From positions 5,332,001 to 5,396,000 of the forward strand of contig CM102287.1 in the NCBI GenBank assembly GCA_046563655.1: 64,000 nt of DNA. The letters run 5' to 3'. A program made the position numbers and the translations under genes. The DNA is from Yuukianura sp. NJ FZ-2021 (taxonomy: Eukaryota). The notes below the pieces were generated by a model. That model was not told where the DNA came from, made no database searches, and worked only from the letters and a program-made list of their open reading frames with translations. Position 1 is the first letter of the stretch; every line of letters begins with the position of its first letter. Shown in pieces: positions 26,264 to 39,200 of the stretch.

Positions 26264-28026
26264 AGCTGGAACACTCCTTTCAACGTAAATTTTTTCCACA
26301 AGCTGTCTACTTTAATAAATACAACAAAAAGGAACATCGAAATTCAATTTCATTTTTATAAAGTTATGAATATTTTCTTTGCCAAAAATCGATACACGCC
26401 CTTTCACTTTTCTTCTGTTTTTTTCTTTTGCTTAGAATTTCTGATTGTGTAAAAAATTTTCCCCTATGCTTTGACCTATTTTAAATTGAAATTGTACAAG
26501 TAGAAGGTTTTCGCTTAAATAAAAAATTAAAATGTGCTTGTCATAAAATGGCCGTCCAACTTCCGTTGGTTTAATTCCGGTTTTGACAAAATAGTTTTCA
26601 TTCTGAATGAAGATCCGTTTGGTAGTGGCTGGAACTCAGAAGTCACGTAACATCACTTCCTCGTCACGACATGGGTCATCCAATTGTTCTCGACTGCCTT
26701 CCATTGTTAGTCTTTCAGAGCAGGAAAGGAAAATGGGAGTCGAAATTGTGACATGTCCTTGTACGTACTACAGTAAATGCGAATGTACAGATGAATGGCT
26801 CTACTAACCGAAAAGATCTAATTCTATTAATAGCCATTTTTTGCAGTGAAGTTGCTGAAATAGCTAACTACATGCTTAGGTCAGCTATTTACTTCTAGTC
26901 GGTGACACTTGGAATACAAATAAATCTTGGAGTCTCCTATCTTAGTTTTGATTTGATTCTTCTGTCAATTTTAAGTGTCTAATCTCAAATTTCAAAGAAT
27001 TAGTCATCACCTAACTCCGCTTGGACGAAGGACTTAAGACCATAAGGTAAACGGAGAAATTGGCATTTGAAGTTTAGATGAAAAGTTTAGCATTAGCCAG
27101 CGTTAGAAGACAACTTAAATATTAAGTGTTTTGCTAAATTATGTTTTAGTAGAAATTGAAGGTAAAGTGATGCGTTTCGATTAACCTCTTGAACCCTGAG
27201 TTATTTTCGTGGTGTTTGGTTTTCGGCCCTCTTTTAATTTCCATTGGTTACCACGGCTGACTAAATTGAAATATTGTTACGATTCGAGGGCGACGCCATT
27301 TTTTTTGTGGGGTGGCACAAGTGGCCGGATTTATGCCTCCATATTTTCTCACATATTTGACCCAAAATTAAATACACAATCCAACATAATGTTGGTGCCG
27401 GGTTAGTTTGACACAAATTCCGATTTTTTTTTGGAATAATATGATACAAAAATTCTGGAGTTTCTTGTCAATTGCCTTACTACATGTACATACACCGCGA
27501 TTTTTTTTAAAAAAAAAATCAAGAATTTAAAAAAAAAACCAAAAAAGAGTTTTTCGAAAAAGTGTTTGCTTAAAAAGGACGGAGTATCGTCCTTTTTAAG
27601 CAAAATTCAAATTACTGTTACAAAATGCATTTCTGAGAACATATTTTACATTTTTTTGACAACCAAAAACCATTTTCTCAACTTTTCATGACGAGTGCAA
27701 CATTTTTGATTGTAATAATATTATAATAATACTAACAATTGGCATAAATATTGAATATGCCGAGGCTGCTCCGCGTGCTTACTGGGGCTTCGCCGCAAAG
27801 AGTGATTTACGTCATGGGTGGGATTGTGACCCACACTCTTGCCGTACTGCAACATAATTTCTAATAACTTGCTAATAACTGTACTTACCATATATTACAA
27901 CAAGGTAATATATGATGATAATAATAAGAATAACATATTATTATTATTTATATTATGTGGATAATATAACATATACACATATTATATGCCGTAAACAATA
28001 CATTACCTCTTTAATGTATTTTGTAT

Positions 28027-29473
28027 ATCCAGAAAAGTTTGACCCATAAAAGTCTTATCTTGAAAAGCCTGATCAAGAAAAGTCAGATCCAGAAAAGTCT
28101 GATCCAGAAAAGTTTGATCCATAAAAGTCTTATTTAGAAAAATCTGATCCGGAAAAGTCTTATTTAGAAAATTCTGATCCGGAAAAGTCTGATCCATAAA
28201 AGTCTGATCCAGAAAAGTTTGATCCATAAAAGTCTTATTTAGAAAAATCTGATCCAGAAAAGTCTGATCCAGACGAGTTTGATCCATAAAAGTCTTATTC
28301 AGAAAAATCTGATCCGGAAAAGTCTGATCCAGAAAAGTCTGAGCCAGAAAAGTCTGATCCAGAAAAGTTTGATCCATAAAACTCTTATTTAGAAAAGTCT
28401 GATCCAGAAAAATCTGATCCAGAAAAGTCTGATCCAGAAAAGTCTGAGCCAGAAAAGTCTGATCCAGAAAAGTTTGATCCATAAAAGTCTTATTTAGAAA
28501 AATCTGATCCGGAAAAGTCTGATCCAGAAAAGTCTGAGCCAGAAAAGTCTGATCCAGAAAAGTTTGATCCATAAAAGTCTTATTTAGAAAAATCTGATCC
28601 GGAAAAGTCTGATCCAGACGAGTTTGATCCATAAAAGTCTTATTCAGAAAAATCTGATCCGGAAAAGTCTGATCCAGAAAAGTCTGAGCCAGAAAAGTCT
28701 GACCCAGAAAAGTTTGATCCATAAAACTCTTATTTAGAAAAGTCTGATCCAGAAAAGTTTGATCCATAAAAGTCTTATGTAGAAAAATCTGATCCGGAAA
28801 AGTCTGATCCAGAAAAGTCTGAGCCAGAAAAGTCTGAGCCAGAAAAGTCTGACCCAGAAAAGTTTGATCCATAAAACTCTTATTTAGAAAAGTCTGATCC
28901 AGAAAAGTTTGATCCATAAAAGTCTTATTTAGAAAAATCTGATCCGGAAAAGTCTGATACAGAAAAGTCTGAGCCAGAAAAGTCTGATCCAGAAAAGTTT
29001 GATCCATAAAAGTCTTATTTAGAAAAATCTGATCCGGAAAAGTCTGATCCAGAAAAGTCTGATCCAGAAAAGTCTGATCCAGAAAAGTTTGATCCATAAA
29101 AGTCTTATTAGAAAAATCTGATCCGGAAAAGTCTGATCCAGAAAAATCTGATCCGGAAAAGTCTGATCCAGAAAAGTCTGAGCCAGAAAAGTCTGATCCA
29201 GAAAAGTTTGATCCATAAAAGTCTTATTTAGAAAAATCTGATCCGGAAAAGTCTGATCCAGAAAAGTCTGAGCCAGAAAAGTCTGATCCAGAAAAGTTTG
29301 ATCCATAAAAGTCTTATTTAGAAAAATCTGATCCGGAAAAGTCTGATCCAGAAAAGTCTGAGCCAGAAAAGTTTGATCCATAAAAGTCTTATTAGAAAAA
29401 TCTGATCCGGAAAAGTCTGATCCAGAAAAGTCTGAGCCAGAAAAGTCTGATCAAGAATAGTCTAATCCAGAAA
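28027..29473. repeat. 15-bp tandem array (atccagaaaagtctg and variants), ~95 units with ~90-bp higher-order modules
   Basis: Directly visible. The minus strand reads as DQTFL/DQTFP/DQIFL/NKTFM/AQTFL pentapeptides. Confidence 0.95.
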
Positions 29474-29749
29474 TGGTGATATGTGCCCAAGAATACACTT
29501 TCTCACATTGAATATTTGTTATAATTAGAATTTTGGCCAAGAAATTCGAATTACGTTGGAATACGTTTTTACGGTGTTGTTAAAATTTTTGATTTTTTTT
29601 CTTTTAAAAAAAACGCATCAGAATTTAAAAAATTTCGATTTTTCAATTTTCTAAAAATTTTCTTTTATAAAAAGATTTTCAATTCATTTTCGAAAAGAAT
29701 CCGTGCCAATAAGATTTCACAAAACGTTTCTTTTTTTTTTTCAAATTAA

Positions 29750-29941
29750 AATACGACAATAGTCGTAGTCCGGCTCCTGAGCAGGGAAACAGAATACGAC
29801 TAAAGTCGTATTCAGGCCCTGGAGCACGCACAGAAAGTACGACTAAAGTCGTATTCAGGCCCCTGAGCACGCACAGAAAGTACGACTATAGTCGTATTCA
29901 GGCCCCTGAGCCCGCACAGAAAATACGACTAAAGTCGTATT
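29750..29941. repeat. Subterminal 43-bp tandem repeats with palindromic core aatacgactaaagtcgtatt
   Basis: Cores start at 29750, 29793, 29836, 29879 and 29922; the last abuts the right TIR. Confidence 0.9.
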
Positions 29942-30133
29942 TAGGGTTCAAGAGGTTAAGTTTTTGCGAAATCCTTCAAGGTTTACAAAATTTTGTGTGT
30001 TTTTTTTTAGTTCTCTCGATCTGGGTTCTCTACTAGATTTTCTTTTAATGAGTTTTTTTCTTCGCAGGGGTCAAAGGTTAAAGCAATTTTAGAAAAGTTC
30101 AACCCTGAAGACGCGAACAACACTTAACTAATC

Positions 30134-31611
30134 ATGCCGGTGAATGACGCTTGGTTCCGCTTTGGGCTTCCCCTGGGAACTGCTCTCATCCTCACTGCTA
30201 TAATAGATTCCGTAAGTACAAAACGAGACGTTTAGACTTAAAATTATGAAATTTTGAAATCCCGGTTTTTACTAATTTTGAACTTCTTCGTAATTTTTTC
30301 TGCTAAAGTGTGGCATTGTTGGTTTATGTAGGCACAGAATCTCTTTAGCGCGTGGATGGATCTTGGCAGCATATTTCTCTATCACTTAAATGACATTACG
30401 AAAATTGGTAAATTTTGAAAAACTTAGATGAGAATTTGGATGTTGTTAATTTGTTTATTTTAAAACGTAGTTTTTGTTTCTAGATTTTATCACGACCATT
30501 TGGATTCTTATTATTGTTACTTGGAATTTGGCAAATTTTTTGATTCTGTGGGTTGGAGTTATCATTAAGGCAAACCAAATCAAAATCATCACTTTTTCAA
30601 GTTCTTTGTTTCAAATTCAAAAATGTATAATTCCTTTCGTTTTAGGGAAGTACTGCGATGCTCATAGCCTGGTTGGCAACAACCCTTGTGTGTGCTCTCA
30701 TCTTAACGATTGTATGGATTTACATGTCAATTCCTGTGTGGGGTCACTGGGGTTACGTTTTTGCAGAAATTTATGGAATTGTGACCTACATCATCATCAC
30801 TGCTTACTTACTCAACCTAGCTCTCCAGTGTCTCAAGGCGTTAAAGGGAAATGAAAATTTGGAACCAATTGGAAAAGGAGTACGACACATTTTAAAATTC
30901 TACAGCGACGATCCTACTCTTGCTGGAAAATTTTTACTTATTTCTGAATTGGTACGACTGTCATCAGCAATTTTGAAAACAGAAATCTGTTTTACAGTGA
31001 AAATTTTTTGACTTTTAATTTTTCTTTGCAAAATTTTTAGGTAATCATCGGTGAATACACTTTTACGCGGCAAGTGATGATATTCATTTTGGACGAAGAA
31101 TTTCCTGGACACGAAGGTCTAATGGAATTGTCATGATTAACTTAACTTTTGCTCAATTCTAACTCCAAAGTTAACTTAAGTTAAGATTCTGAAATGTTGT
31201 GCTTTACTTTAGGTGACTCAAATCCGGCAATCATTGCTGAGGAATACGTTATTCGTGCACTTCGCTTCATCATTGCGGGCGTCGGAATATATTTTGTGAT
31301 AAAGGTAAATCAGTTTTCAAGAAATCTTATTAACTTTAGTCAAGTTAAAATTATTTTGTGAACTTTTTCAGGGAAAAATTAAGGAATTGAAATACTGGGG
31401 AATGGTCTACGGGGGATTGATTGGAATCAGCTCCATAATTTTGTTGTACCTTATTTTCGCATGGAGGTCTGAAGAGCCGTTGTTCACCGCTGGTTACTTC
31501 ATTACATTCCTTGTTAGCCTGTTGTACCGGTCATGCATTTTGTATGTTTGTATGAAGGTTGTTCGACCATACAGATCTTCAAATACTTTTGCTACACTAC
31601 AAGAAACATAA
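30134..31611 (+). CDS. Multi-exon multi-pass membrane protein, apparently two DUF4728-like tetraspan units
   Basis: MPVNDAWFRFGLPLGTALILTAIIDS start. The pattern LWVGVIIK|GSTAMLIAW recurs as GIYFVIK|GKIKELKYW with an intron at the same point. Exon limits are approximate. Confidence 0.65.
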
Positions 31612-31784
31612 GTTCATGCACAAAAAATATTCCATGGTCATTATAACCCGAAATCTATTTGAAGTTACTTTATGCATTCTAGAAAGTGAGTGTAAATTAA
31701 TTAGTATATATAATAATTAATCTTGACTTTCAAACCTACTAACTCTTTTTTGAGATTTGTTTTATTTCGGTTGTCTTACTACTT

Positions 31785-32159
31785 TTATTTTTTGAATTTT
31801 GAATTCCATAAATTATGGTATTGATTAGGAAAAGTGACTCTGGAAATTAATGTCTTGGAGCCGAAGTTATGGAATCGACAAAATGGTCTATTCGTTTCAA
31901 TTGCAAAGATTCCCCCAATTCCGGATACAATTAGAATGGGTATTGATGATTTCACAGCCGATGCCAATATTTTGCCCAGAACATCTTCCGCTTGTCGGAT
32001 CTCCGGTGTTTTTTCAATCCAAGTTTCCAAAAGTTGACATTTGACCCCCGTAGGTGTTAAGCTGAAGCGTTTGGACTTATGTGACCACTGAAGACGATGA
32101 AGTCCAATCGTACATCCTAATTTTATATACCACACCAGTGGTTCTACTAACTTTTCCAT
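31785..32159 (-). pseudogene. Internally deleted duplicate of the chemoreceptor-like gene at 34791-36298
   Basis: MEKLVEPLVWYIKLG...QLLE is fused to exon-2 KTPEIR...RPFCRFHNFGS and then to an exon-3-like ISRVTFPN. The upstream ~450 bp matches 36300-36780. Confidence 0.8.
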
Positions 32160-32627
32160 GGTGAGTTGATAACGAATTGAACTGTTCCGCCGACAGTGTG
32201 AATTCAATATGGCGTCAAACGCAGAATCGAAGTTGCTATTATACGAATATACAACGGAACAATCCCCTACTCTCAGCTCGAATTATGTTGTTTATACATT
32301 CCTGTATGTCAAAATTTTTGAAGATTCTTTTACTAGATACATTTGCTACCAGTTTCAAACTGAATTTTTTAGTTTTAAATGTTACATTTTATCTGAACAA
32401 AAAACAGTTATCCTTACAATCAAATCAACAATGTAAGGCAAATTTAAAACCGAATTTACACAAAAGCGTGTCCAAATTCTGGTTTTTATAAGAAACACAA
32501 AATTCCGAATTCTTATACAATTTCCTTTTTTCTGTTTGTCTGTGAAAACACTGCTTGAAGTATTTTAGTATTCTTCCTTAGAAGCATGACATTGATGATG
32601 ATATCAGTCCGTATTGTGTTCCGAATG

Positions 32628-34251
32628 CTAACGCCTAAATGTAAGGAGCAAGTCGGCGAGTCTGAGGAACATGAATTCAAAGTGTGACGGGAAAGTTTCC
32701 CTGGAGATGTTCTCCATAACTGTGGAAAGTGCAAGGGGCCTGAAAGTCAATGAAATTTTTTTGGAGTAAGGACTGTGGCGTCTGTGTAGAACGTTGGTTC
32801 TGTTAAATTCTCCCGGAAATTCTATTGAATCGGTATTTAGCCTGGCCGGATAGACGCAGATTTCATGCACCATAGTCATTGCAGTCATGGCAACCGTAGC
32901 CCCACAGAGGACGAAGAGAAGTCCGCAGTAGTTAATGCAGTAGACGAGGCAGAAGGTTAGAATGGGGACGAACCCGGTTGCTCCGTACATGAGAAGTGCT
33001 GCCCAGTACTGAAGATCAAACGAAATCCAGTTCAACACAATTTGCAGCGAGCGGTACACTACTACCGTTTGTTGAATCTGATTCGGAGAGTCATTCAGCT
33101 CGTAATGTATTCTGTAAACTCAATATTATATTACACAAGAACCTCCAACCTGTAGTTGAATGACTTCTTAGTATTAGATTAGACCAAGGTTGTTACAGCG
33201 CCTATTTATACAAATGCACTAACAGGTTATGCCATAACTGACTTTTTTTCAAAAAATTATGGAAAAACAACTCTTGTATGAATCCCTTTTGCGTAACATG
33301 GCGCGAGCTCGACGAATCGAAGGAAAAATTCAAAACAAACATTTTTTTAAAACAGGAGTTATGGCATAACCTGTTAAGGAAAAACAAACAAAATTTCAAC
33401 AACCTTGGATTAGACTGCTTACCTGGCGCTGTCCAGGATGATGCGATGCCATTTTGCTATAGCCAACACCAAAAGCATGTGAGCAAAGCAGTATTGATCG
33501 AGTAGAACTGCAACAGCCATCATTATTGCCAGTGCAATAAAGCCCAAATATGGATAATTCCCCCAACATGGTACATATATGCGGTTGAAGGCCAAGAAGC
33601 ATGGAATATCACTTTGCATTACTAATCCTACGATCGTCATTGGTATCCCTACCAGTCCGAATGATGATATTGCGAAAATCCATTTCAAGTATATTTCCAA
33701 TCCGTCTGTCGTCCAAGTCCACTCGTATAGTTTTTCTAAATAAATATTTTTGTCATTGCTTATATTTTTTATTGTGTGCTTGTGCAAAATATTTTCGGCC
33801 TGAAAAATAATTACGGTATGGTCATACCGTACGAGGCCATCGACTGTGAAATATTTTGAAGCATATGGTAAAGAGTGCTTCGCCTTTTGACTACAAATAT
33901 TTGCATCGCAATGCCAATCCCCATCCAAATTGCTACTACGAGTATCAAGGCTCTGTTCTGTGTATTTTTGTTGGAAATGACCTCTCCAAAGGTCAACATA
34001 AATAGAATGCAAGAGCCATGCCATGCCATTAGGCCGAGCATTCCAACAACGGAGAGTACCTGACGTATTTTGTTTCCTCTGACAATTTGATATGCGAATG
34101 TTGGTTGACCTTTGACCTTCGCCTTCGGATGATCCTGACCCCGGTCACTCATACGAGAGTAAGGCACTAGCGAAAACTTGTAAGGTGATATGCCAAAGTA
34201 GTATCCAACATTTACAATATTTTGAAGCATAGTTAAAGTGAAGGTTGACAT
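32628..34251 (-). CDS. Divergent chemoreceptor-like (GR superfamily) multi-TM protein; exons 34251-33828, 33735-33423, 33111-32628
   Basis: Phase-compatible GT-AG introns. YRSLQ motif, ISRETFP motif and C-terminal LADLLLTFRR, as in the neighbouring receptors. Confidence 0.65.
33185..33407. mobile_element. hAT-type MITE in a receptor intron
   Basis: 8-bp TSD GATTAGAC at 33177-33184 and 33408-33415. TIR caaggttgtt/aacaaccttg. Internal 20-bp inverted repeat taacaggttatgccataact. Confidence 0.85.
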
Positions 34252-34790
34252 AGCTAAAAATTTCAGCTTGAAAAATTCCAGAAAATTTTATATAATTTTT
34301 ACTGTGAGCTTTCCCAAATTTTGAGACTAACTGAAGCTGGATTTGACAAAGGGCAACTATATGTTTTAACTATATTTTTATAGGCAACTATATTTTTAAC
34401 TTATTTTAAGTGAGCAGGGAGCATAAATTATTTCAACTTTTACTGCCGCTTACTTTTGGTAGAACTAAAAATTCCTTCTTTTCTTTGTGAAAATTTTTGA
34501 TTTGAAAAATAAAGTAGTTATTGATTTCATTTTCAAGAAGCAAAAATGGTTATATTCTCAATACCACTTAGGTTCTGCTCATACGAGGACTAGTCGTTAA
34601 GAGCATCCAAAAATGGTCGCGAATATTTCTACTCAAGACTTTACGTGATAAGAACTTAAAAAACTTGAAAGTAAAACTGTTACGTAAAAACCATGGGCTG
34701 AATAATTTACACTAGAAACTGGACGCTAATGTTAATTAGTAAATATTTCGTAGAACACAATTCGTTTTCTTGAATTTTGAATACCTAAAA

Positions 34791-36298
34791 TTATGGTATT
34801 GCTACTAGCAGGTTGATGACATTGTCGATGACAATGTCATTGATGATATTTGGAAAAGTGACTTTGGAAATAGTGCAACACGAGTTTCCTAGTTTCCAGC
34901 GCAAGGGACGATAAGATCTGAATTCACGCTCCGTTATGGACTCCAATGTCCGTTGACCTCGAACGTTACCTCGCTTGTATCTGATGCAATTTTCAGAGGC
35001 TGCTGTCACCCCACTAGCAAGTCGCAGCATTGTTTGCATTGCAATCCAATTCACCACAGTCAGATATAGGCAGCTGTTGAAGATGAAGAGGTCAAAGTCA
35101 AATCGAACGAGTACGAATGGACAAAATATTAGGAAGCCTCCAGACATCACCGCAAAAGGCGTTGAGAACGTATTCATCAAGAAGTCATGAACCATTCCAT
35201 GGTTCACTTGCAACGTCCTGTACAACAAATGAAATTCCTCGCGCGTCTTCCCCCCATTTTCGGCACTTATAATCCTGTGAAAATATTTTTACTTGTACAA
35301 AGAGCCATAAAAAGGCTGCAACGCTTTCTCCAAAAGTTGATTTTTAAATCTGCTTTCACAGTCAATTGTTATAATTAAAATTCAAAAAGTGAAAGTATTG
35401 GCAGCATCTAGATACTACATGAACCAGCTTCGGCTAGTGTTCTATTACATCTGAAACTTTTGCTATCCTGTACCTGTGAAAGGACGAATTAAAAAGGTTG
35501 CGGAGAAAGCGTTGCAGCCTTTTTATATCTTACTGGACAATTGTTCTATACTGTAACAATTATTTGTGAACATTACCTAAGTTGAGTCGCCATTTTTAAA
35601 CCATTCCTTGTAATGAACATATGAATTACACCAGAAAAAAGAACTAGGAATGTCGTTAAATTCCCAATGCATGTTAGTGCAGCGGCTATTACGACAATTG
35701 GAGTCGTGATAAGAACGGAGCCAAAATTATAGAATCGACAAAATGGTCTATTCGTTTCCACTGCAATGATTCCTCCAATTGCCGATACAATTATGATGGG
35801 AATGGATGATCTCACAGCAGATACTAATATTTTGTAAAGAGCACATTCCGCTTTTCGGATCTCCGGGGTTTTTCCAATCAGGTTCTCTGCGAAAGCAATA
35901 AAATTGACGCAAAACTAAACTTAACAAATATTTTAAAAAATAAATAACCCACCGATTAACCCATCAACAACGATGCTGCCATTTACAATCATCACAAGCT
36001 TGTGTGAGAAAAAATTAAAGCCAATGGTATCCAGAAAACAAATTATCCAGACACCTCCAACAATTCCAGCAATGACGAACTCAGAAGGACCTCCGTCTCG
36101 GTGTGTAGCTAAAGCAAAGCATGAGTAGCCAATATAAATCAGTAGCAGGGTTACTTGCAGAATTTCCAAAAGTTGACCTTTGACCCCCGTAGGTTTTAGG
36201 CTGAAGCGCTTGGACTTGTGTGACCACTGAAGGCCATGAAGTCCAATAGTATATCCTAATTTTATATACCAAACCAATGGTTCTACTAACTTTTCCAT
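34791..36298 (-). CDS. Divergent chemoreceptor-like (GR superfamily) multi-TM protein; exons 36298-35953, 35886-35577, 35274-34791
   Basis: In-frame splicing; LYRTLQ and ISKVTFPNIINDIVIDNVINLLV motifs; same intron phases as 32628-34251. Confidence 0.65.
35307..35526. mobile_element. MITE-like insertion with 25-bp inverted repeat in intron 2
   Basis: ataaaaaggctgcaacgctttctcc (35307-35331) and its exact reverse complement (35502-35526). True termini and TSD are unclear. Confidence 0.6.
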
Positions 36299-39200
36299 GA
36301 TGAGCTCTAATGAATTGAACTGCTAAGCCTCAAGTAACCATTCAATATTGAGTCAAAGGCAGAATCGAAGTTGCTATTATACGAATTTTCAACGGAACAT
36401 CCCACAACTCTCCAGCTCAACTTTTGCTGTTTTTACATATGAAAATTTTAGATAAGATGTTTTTTCATAGATACATTGCAACAAGTTACAAACTGAATTT
36501 TTAGATGTTAAATTTTATCTGACTACAAGTTTCAAACGGAATTCTTATTTTTTTAGATGTTACATTTTATCCGAAGAAAAAAGAGTTATCCTGGAAATCA
36601 ACAATGCGACGCAAAAACCGAAATGACACAAAAGGCGTGTCTAAATTCGGATTTTTCATAAGAATTCCACAAAATTCCAAATTCTTACAATTCCTTTTTC
36701 TGTTTGTCAGTGAAAACACTGCTTGATGCGTTTTAGTATTCCTCCTATTAGAGAAATGACATTGATGATGATATCAGTTTTTACATTTTTAGAGCATATG
36801 AGTGCAATTTAAATTAAAGTTTTTGAGCAAATGAATTTGACACTAAAAGTGCAAGTTTTCACAGTATTGGCCACACTCAACATCACTAAAATTCATTGCA
36901 AATGATTTAGGAAGTGAACAATAAGCAGACTTGATTGGATCAAAATTCATTTTAATGAATTTGAACACCTTCCTCCCTCTGGGAGATTTATGTTTACTGT
37001 ACTTTTTTTCACTTTTAATTGATGATTCCTGCTGAAAGGGAAAGGAAATGGCAATGGTATTGATTTGTGTAATTATGGGTGAATTTATTTCAGCCTACTC
37101 ACAGAAACATCATCACTCCTTGCCAATTCAAGTTTATTTGAGCATTGCAATATTGAAATACAATTGGTTCACAATTGTGACACGTCGCGGACAATTAAGC
37201 GAATGATTAAGCTAAAAAAAACGTATGACTAATGTTTTTGTAAGGTAATTCGCAACGCGAAAGTTTTGAGCAGGAATTAGCCAAATTTTAACCCCTTCAA
37301 CTTGGAATCAAGGAAAATTTGAAAGTTGGTGTAAGTAAATATAAGCTCAAACTTGAACAATGGAAAACGAAATGTCAAAATCCAATTACTCTTTCGCTAC
37401 TTTAATATTGCTGTTTACGACAATGTAGTCAAAATCCTACAACACTAGAATCAAGTTTTTTTTATTTAGATTTTAAAATTTTTACGAAATGATGAAAGTG
37501 TCTCGTCCATCGTCCTCTTCTTAGCAAATTAAAACTTTGTGATTCGTGATTTTAAATCAAAATCATCAAACTTTTTAAAAATCTTTGATGCTAAATCATT
37601 GTGAATTAGAATTTCGAAACTTTATTAGAATTCGAGTGAAAGCGGAATTGAGCTATCCAAAACTTTGTTTCAAGAATAATGACTACACTGCCCAGTCACT
37701 GTTGCCAGCGAGGCTCAAAATGTTGACACACAAAGTCAGTCAGTAATCCGGTTGGTAGAAAGACAAGAGTACTTTTGACAAGTCCAAAATTGGACCAAAA
37801 ACATAATCATATCTGGCTCATTTGAGTTTGAAAACTATTGAGGCAAGTGGGCACTTAACTCCGCAAAAAAATTGGAAACTGCATTCGTATTTCAACAAGA
37901 GTCAATAAGTGTAAAAAAGAAAGTAAGTGTGCGCGGGCATGACACACTTCGTAAGTTATTGCAAAAGCATCACTTTTCCTGGCTCCTGCCCTGTCATACG
38001 CCTGGCAGTGGACAGCGTGACTTCCACATTCACACTATTATGAATTCCAATTTGCCAATTTGCACTTTTGCAAATTGAGATTAATAAGTTGAAGTCAAGC
38101 ATGTTAGCATAGGGTGAGACAGTGTTGTGAATCGTGATGAAGACAGTTTGTCAATCACTTCATTTTGGTCCAAAGTGCTCTTTGGCTTCACAAATGCTTG
38201 ACTAAAATTGTTGAACCGACGAAATTTGCAGCATCACTGTTCAAAAGTAAGATCTTTAGAATGTCCAATTCAAAATCGTCTCCCTTCAATTTGTCACCTG
38301 AGCGTCATTGCCTGATCAACTTTTACTCAACGTTTTCATTGAACACGACCTTTCAAATTCACGTTAGCAGAAACCAGAGTCATACAGCGAAAAATTTCAC
38401 AACGCGAAGCACAATGAAAGATGATACATTAAAATTTTGAAAGTTCTGTAGAAAGCAAAGCTGTGAAAAAAAAACGCGTAAAAGAAGAGCAGCATTTGTA
38501 ATTAATTACAACTGCGAAATTTTTAATCGCAATGGCCAATTTCCAGCATTGTTGAATTAAAATGCGCAATTTTTATTTGATTTATTATTACAACTGGCGA
38601 AGCTTAACAAAATTTCGTGAATGTAAATTCGTGTATTAAAGTTACATCGTGTAATAGCTTGTTTGTCGCATGTTGTACTTTAGTTAGTGACACTTTAAAC
38701 AAAAGAAGACGCCATTTGGAAGACTACTGAACTGAAGCAAAGCAGAAGTCAAATAACAAGGGAGATAATGACTGCAGATTCCCAGGAGAAAGTTAAGCTT
38801 ATGTTTTGCATTCCCTAACATTAAAAAGTGTCTCATCGTTGCTTACAAACACTTGCAGTGCATCCCAAACACTCTCCATAAGTTCACACATTTTTGCACC
38901 CTAAAGATTTCACCTGAAACCTAATCCCTAATACTGTCCAATCTTTGCTCTCTACTGACTTTGTTTTTGCAGTGTCCTCCTGAAGTTGATTCAAGATTCA
39001 AGCCACTTCAATTCGCAGTCCCTCGTAGGTAAGGGTGAATGCAAAAGAGGCTCCCTTAGCATTACCGTGCACAACAATCTACTTAAGGGCCTATTGTCGT
39101 TCTGGCCACGGAGAAGGTGACAAGGAGATTGTTAAGTGCTCGACTACTTTTAAGCAAAAGTCCACGATCAGAAGGCGACTGCAGCAGTGGAACAACAATT

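Larger units (their letters stand above)
27185..29955. mobile_element. Non-autonomous piggyBac-like element (~2.8 kb)
   Basis: TTAA at 27181-27184 and 29956-29959 flanks perfect 13-bp TIRs CCTCTTGAACCCT / AGGGTTCAAGAGG. No transposase ORF is present. Confidence 0.85.

Noticed and set aside
26733..27000. Decayed third exonuclease paralog (MGVEIVT...VAEIANYMLRS)
   Set aside because: Only faint resemblance to the N-termini, with no DxE or YxxxD motifs. A tBLASTn search would be needed.
27755..27860. HDV-like ribozyme on the minus strand (stem followed by ggcgaa)
   Set aside because: I could not find P1/P3/L3 elements upstream of the stem.
28003..29381. Bona fide pentapeptide-repeat protein gene or horizontal transfer
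   Set aside because: The ORF follows automatically from a stop-free 15-bp unit, has frameshifts, has no unique N-terminus and lies inside a TE. Kept only as a low-probability hypothesis.
29750..29941. CRISPR-like array of palindromic repeats with spacers
   Set aside because: The intervening sequences are near-identical rather than unique, there are no cas genes, the context is eukaryotic, and the array abuts a transposon TIR.
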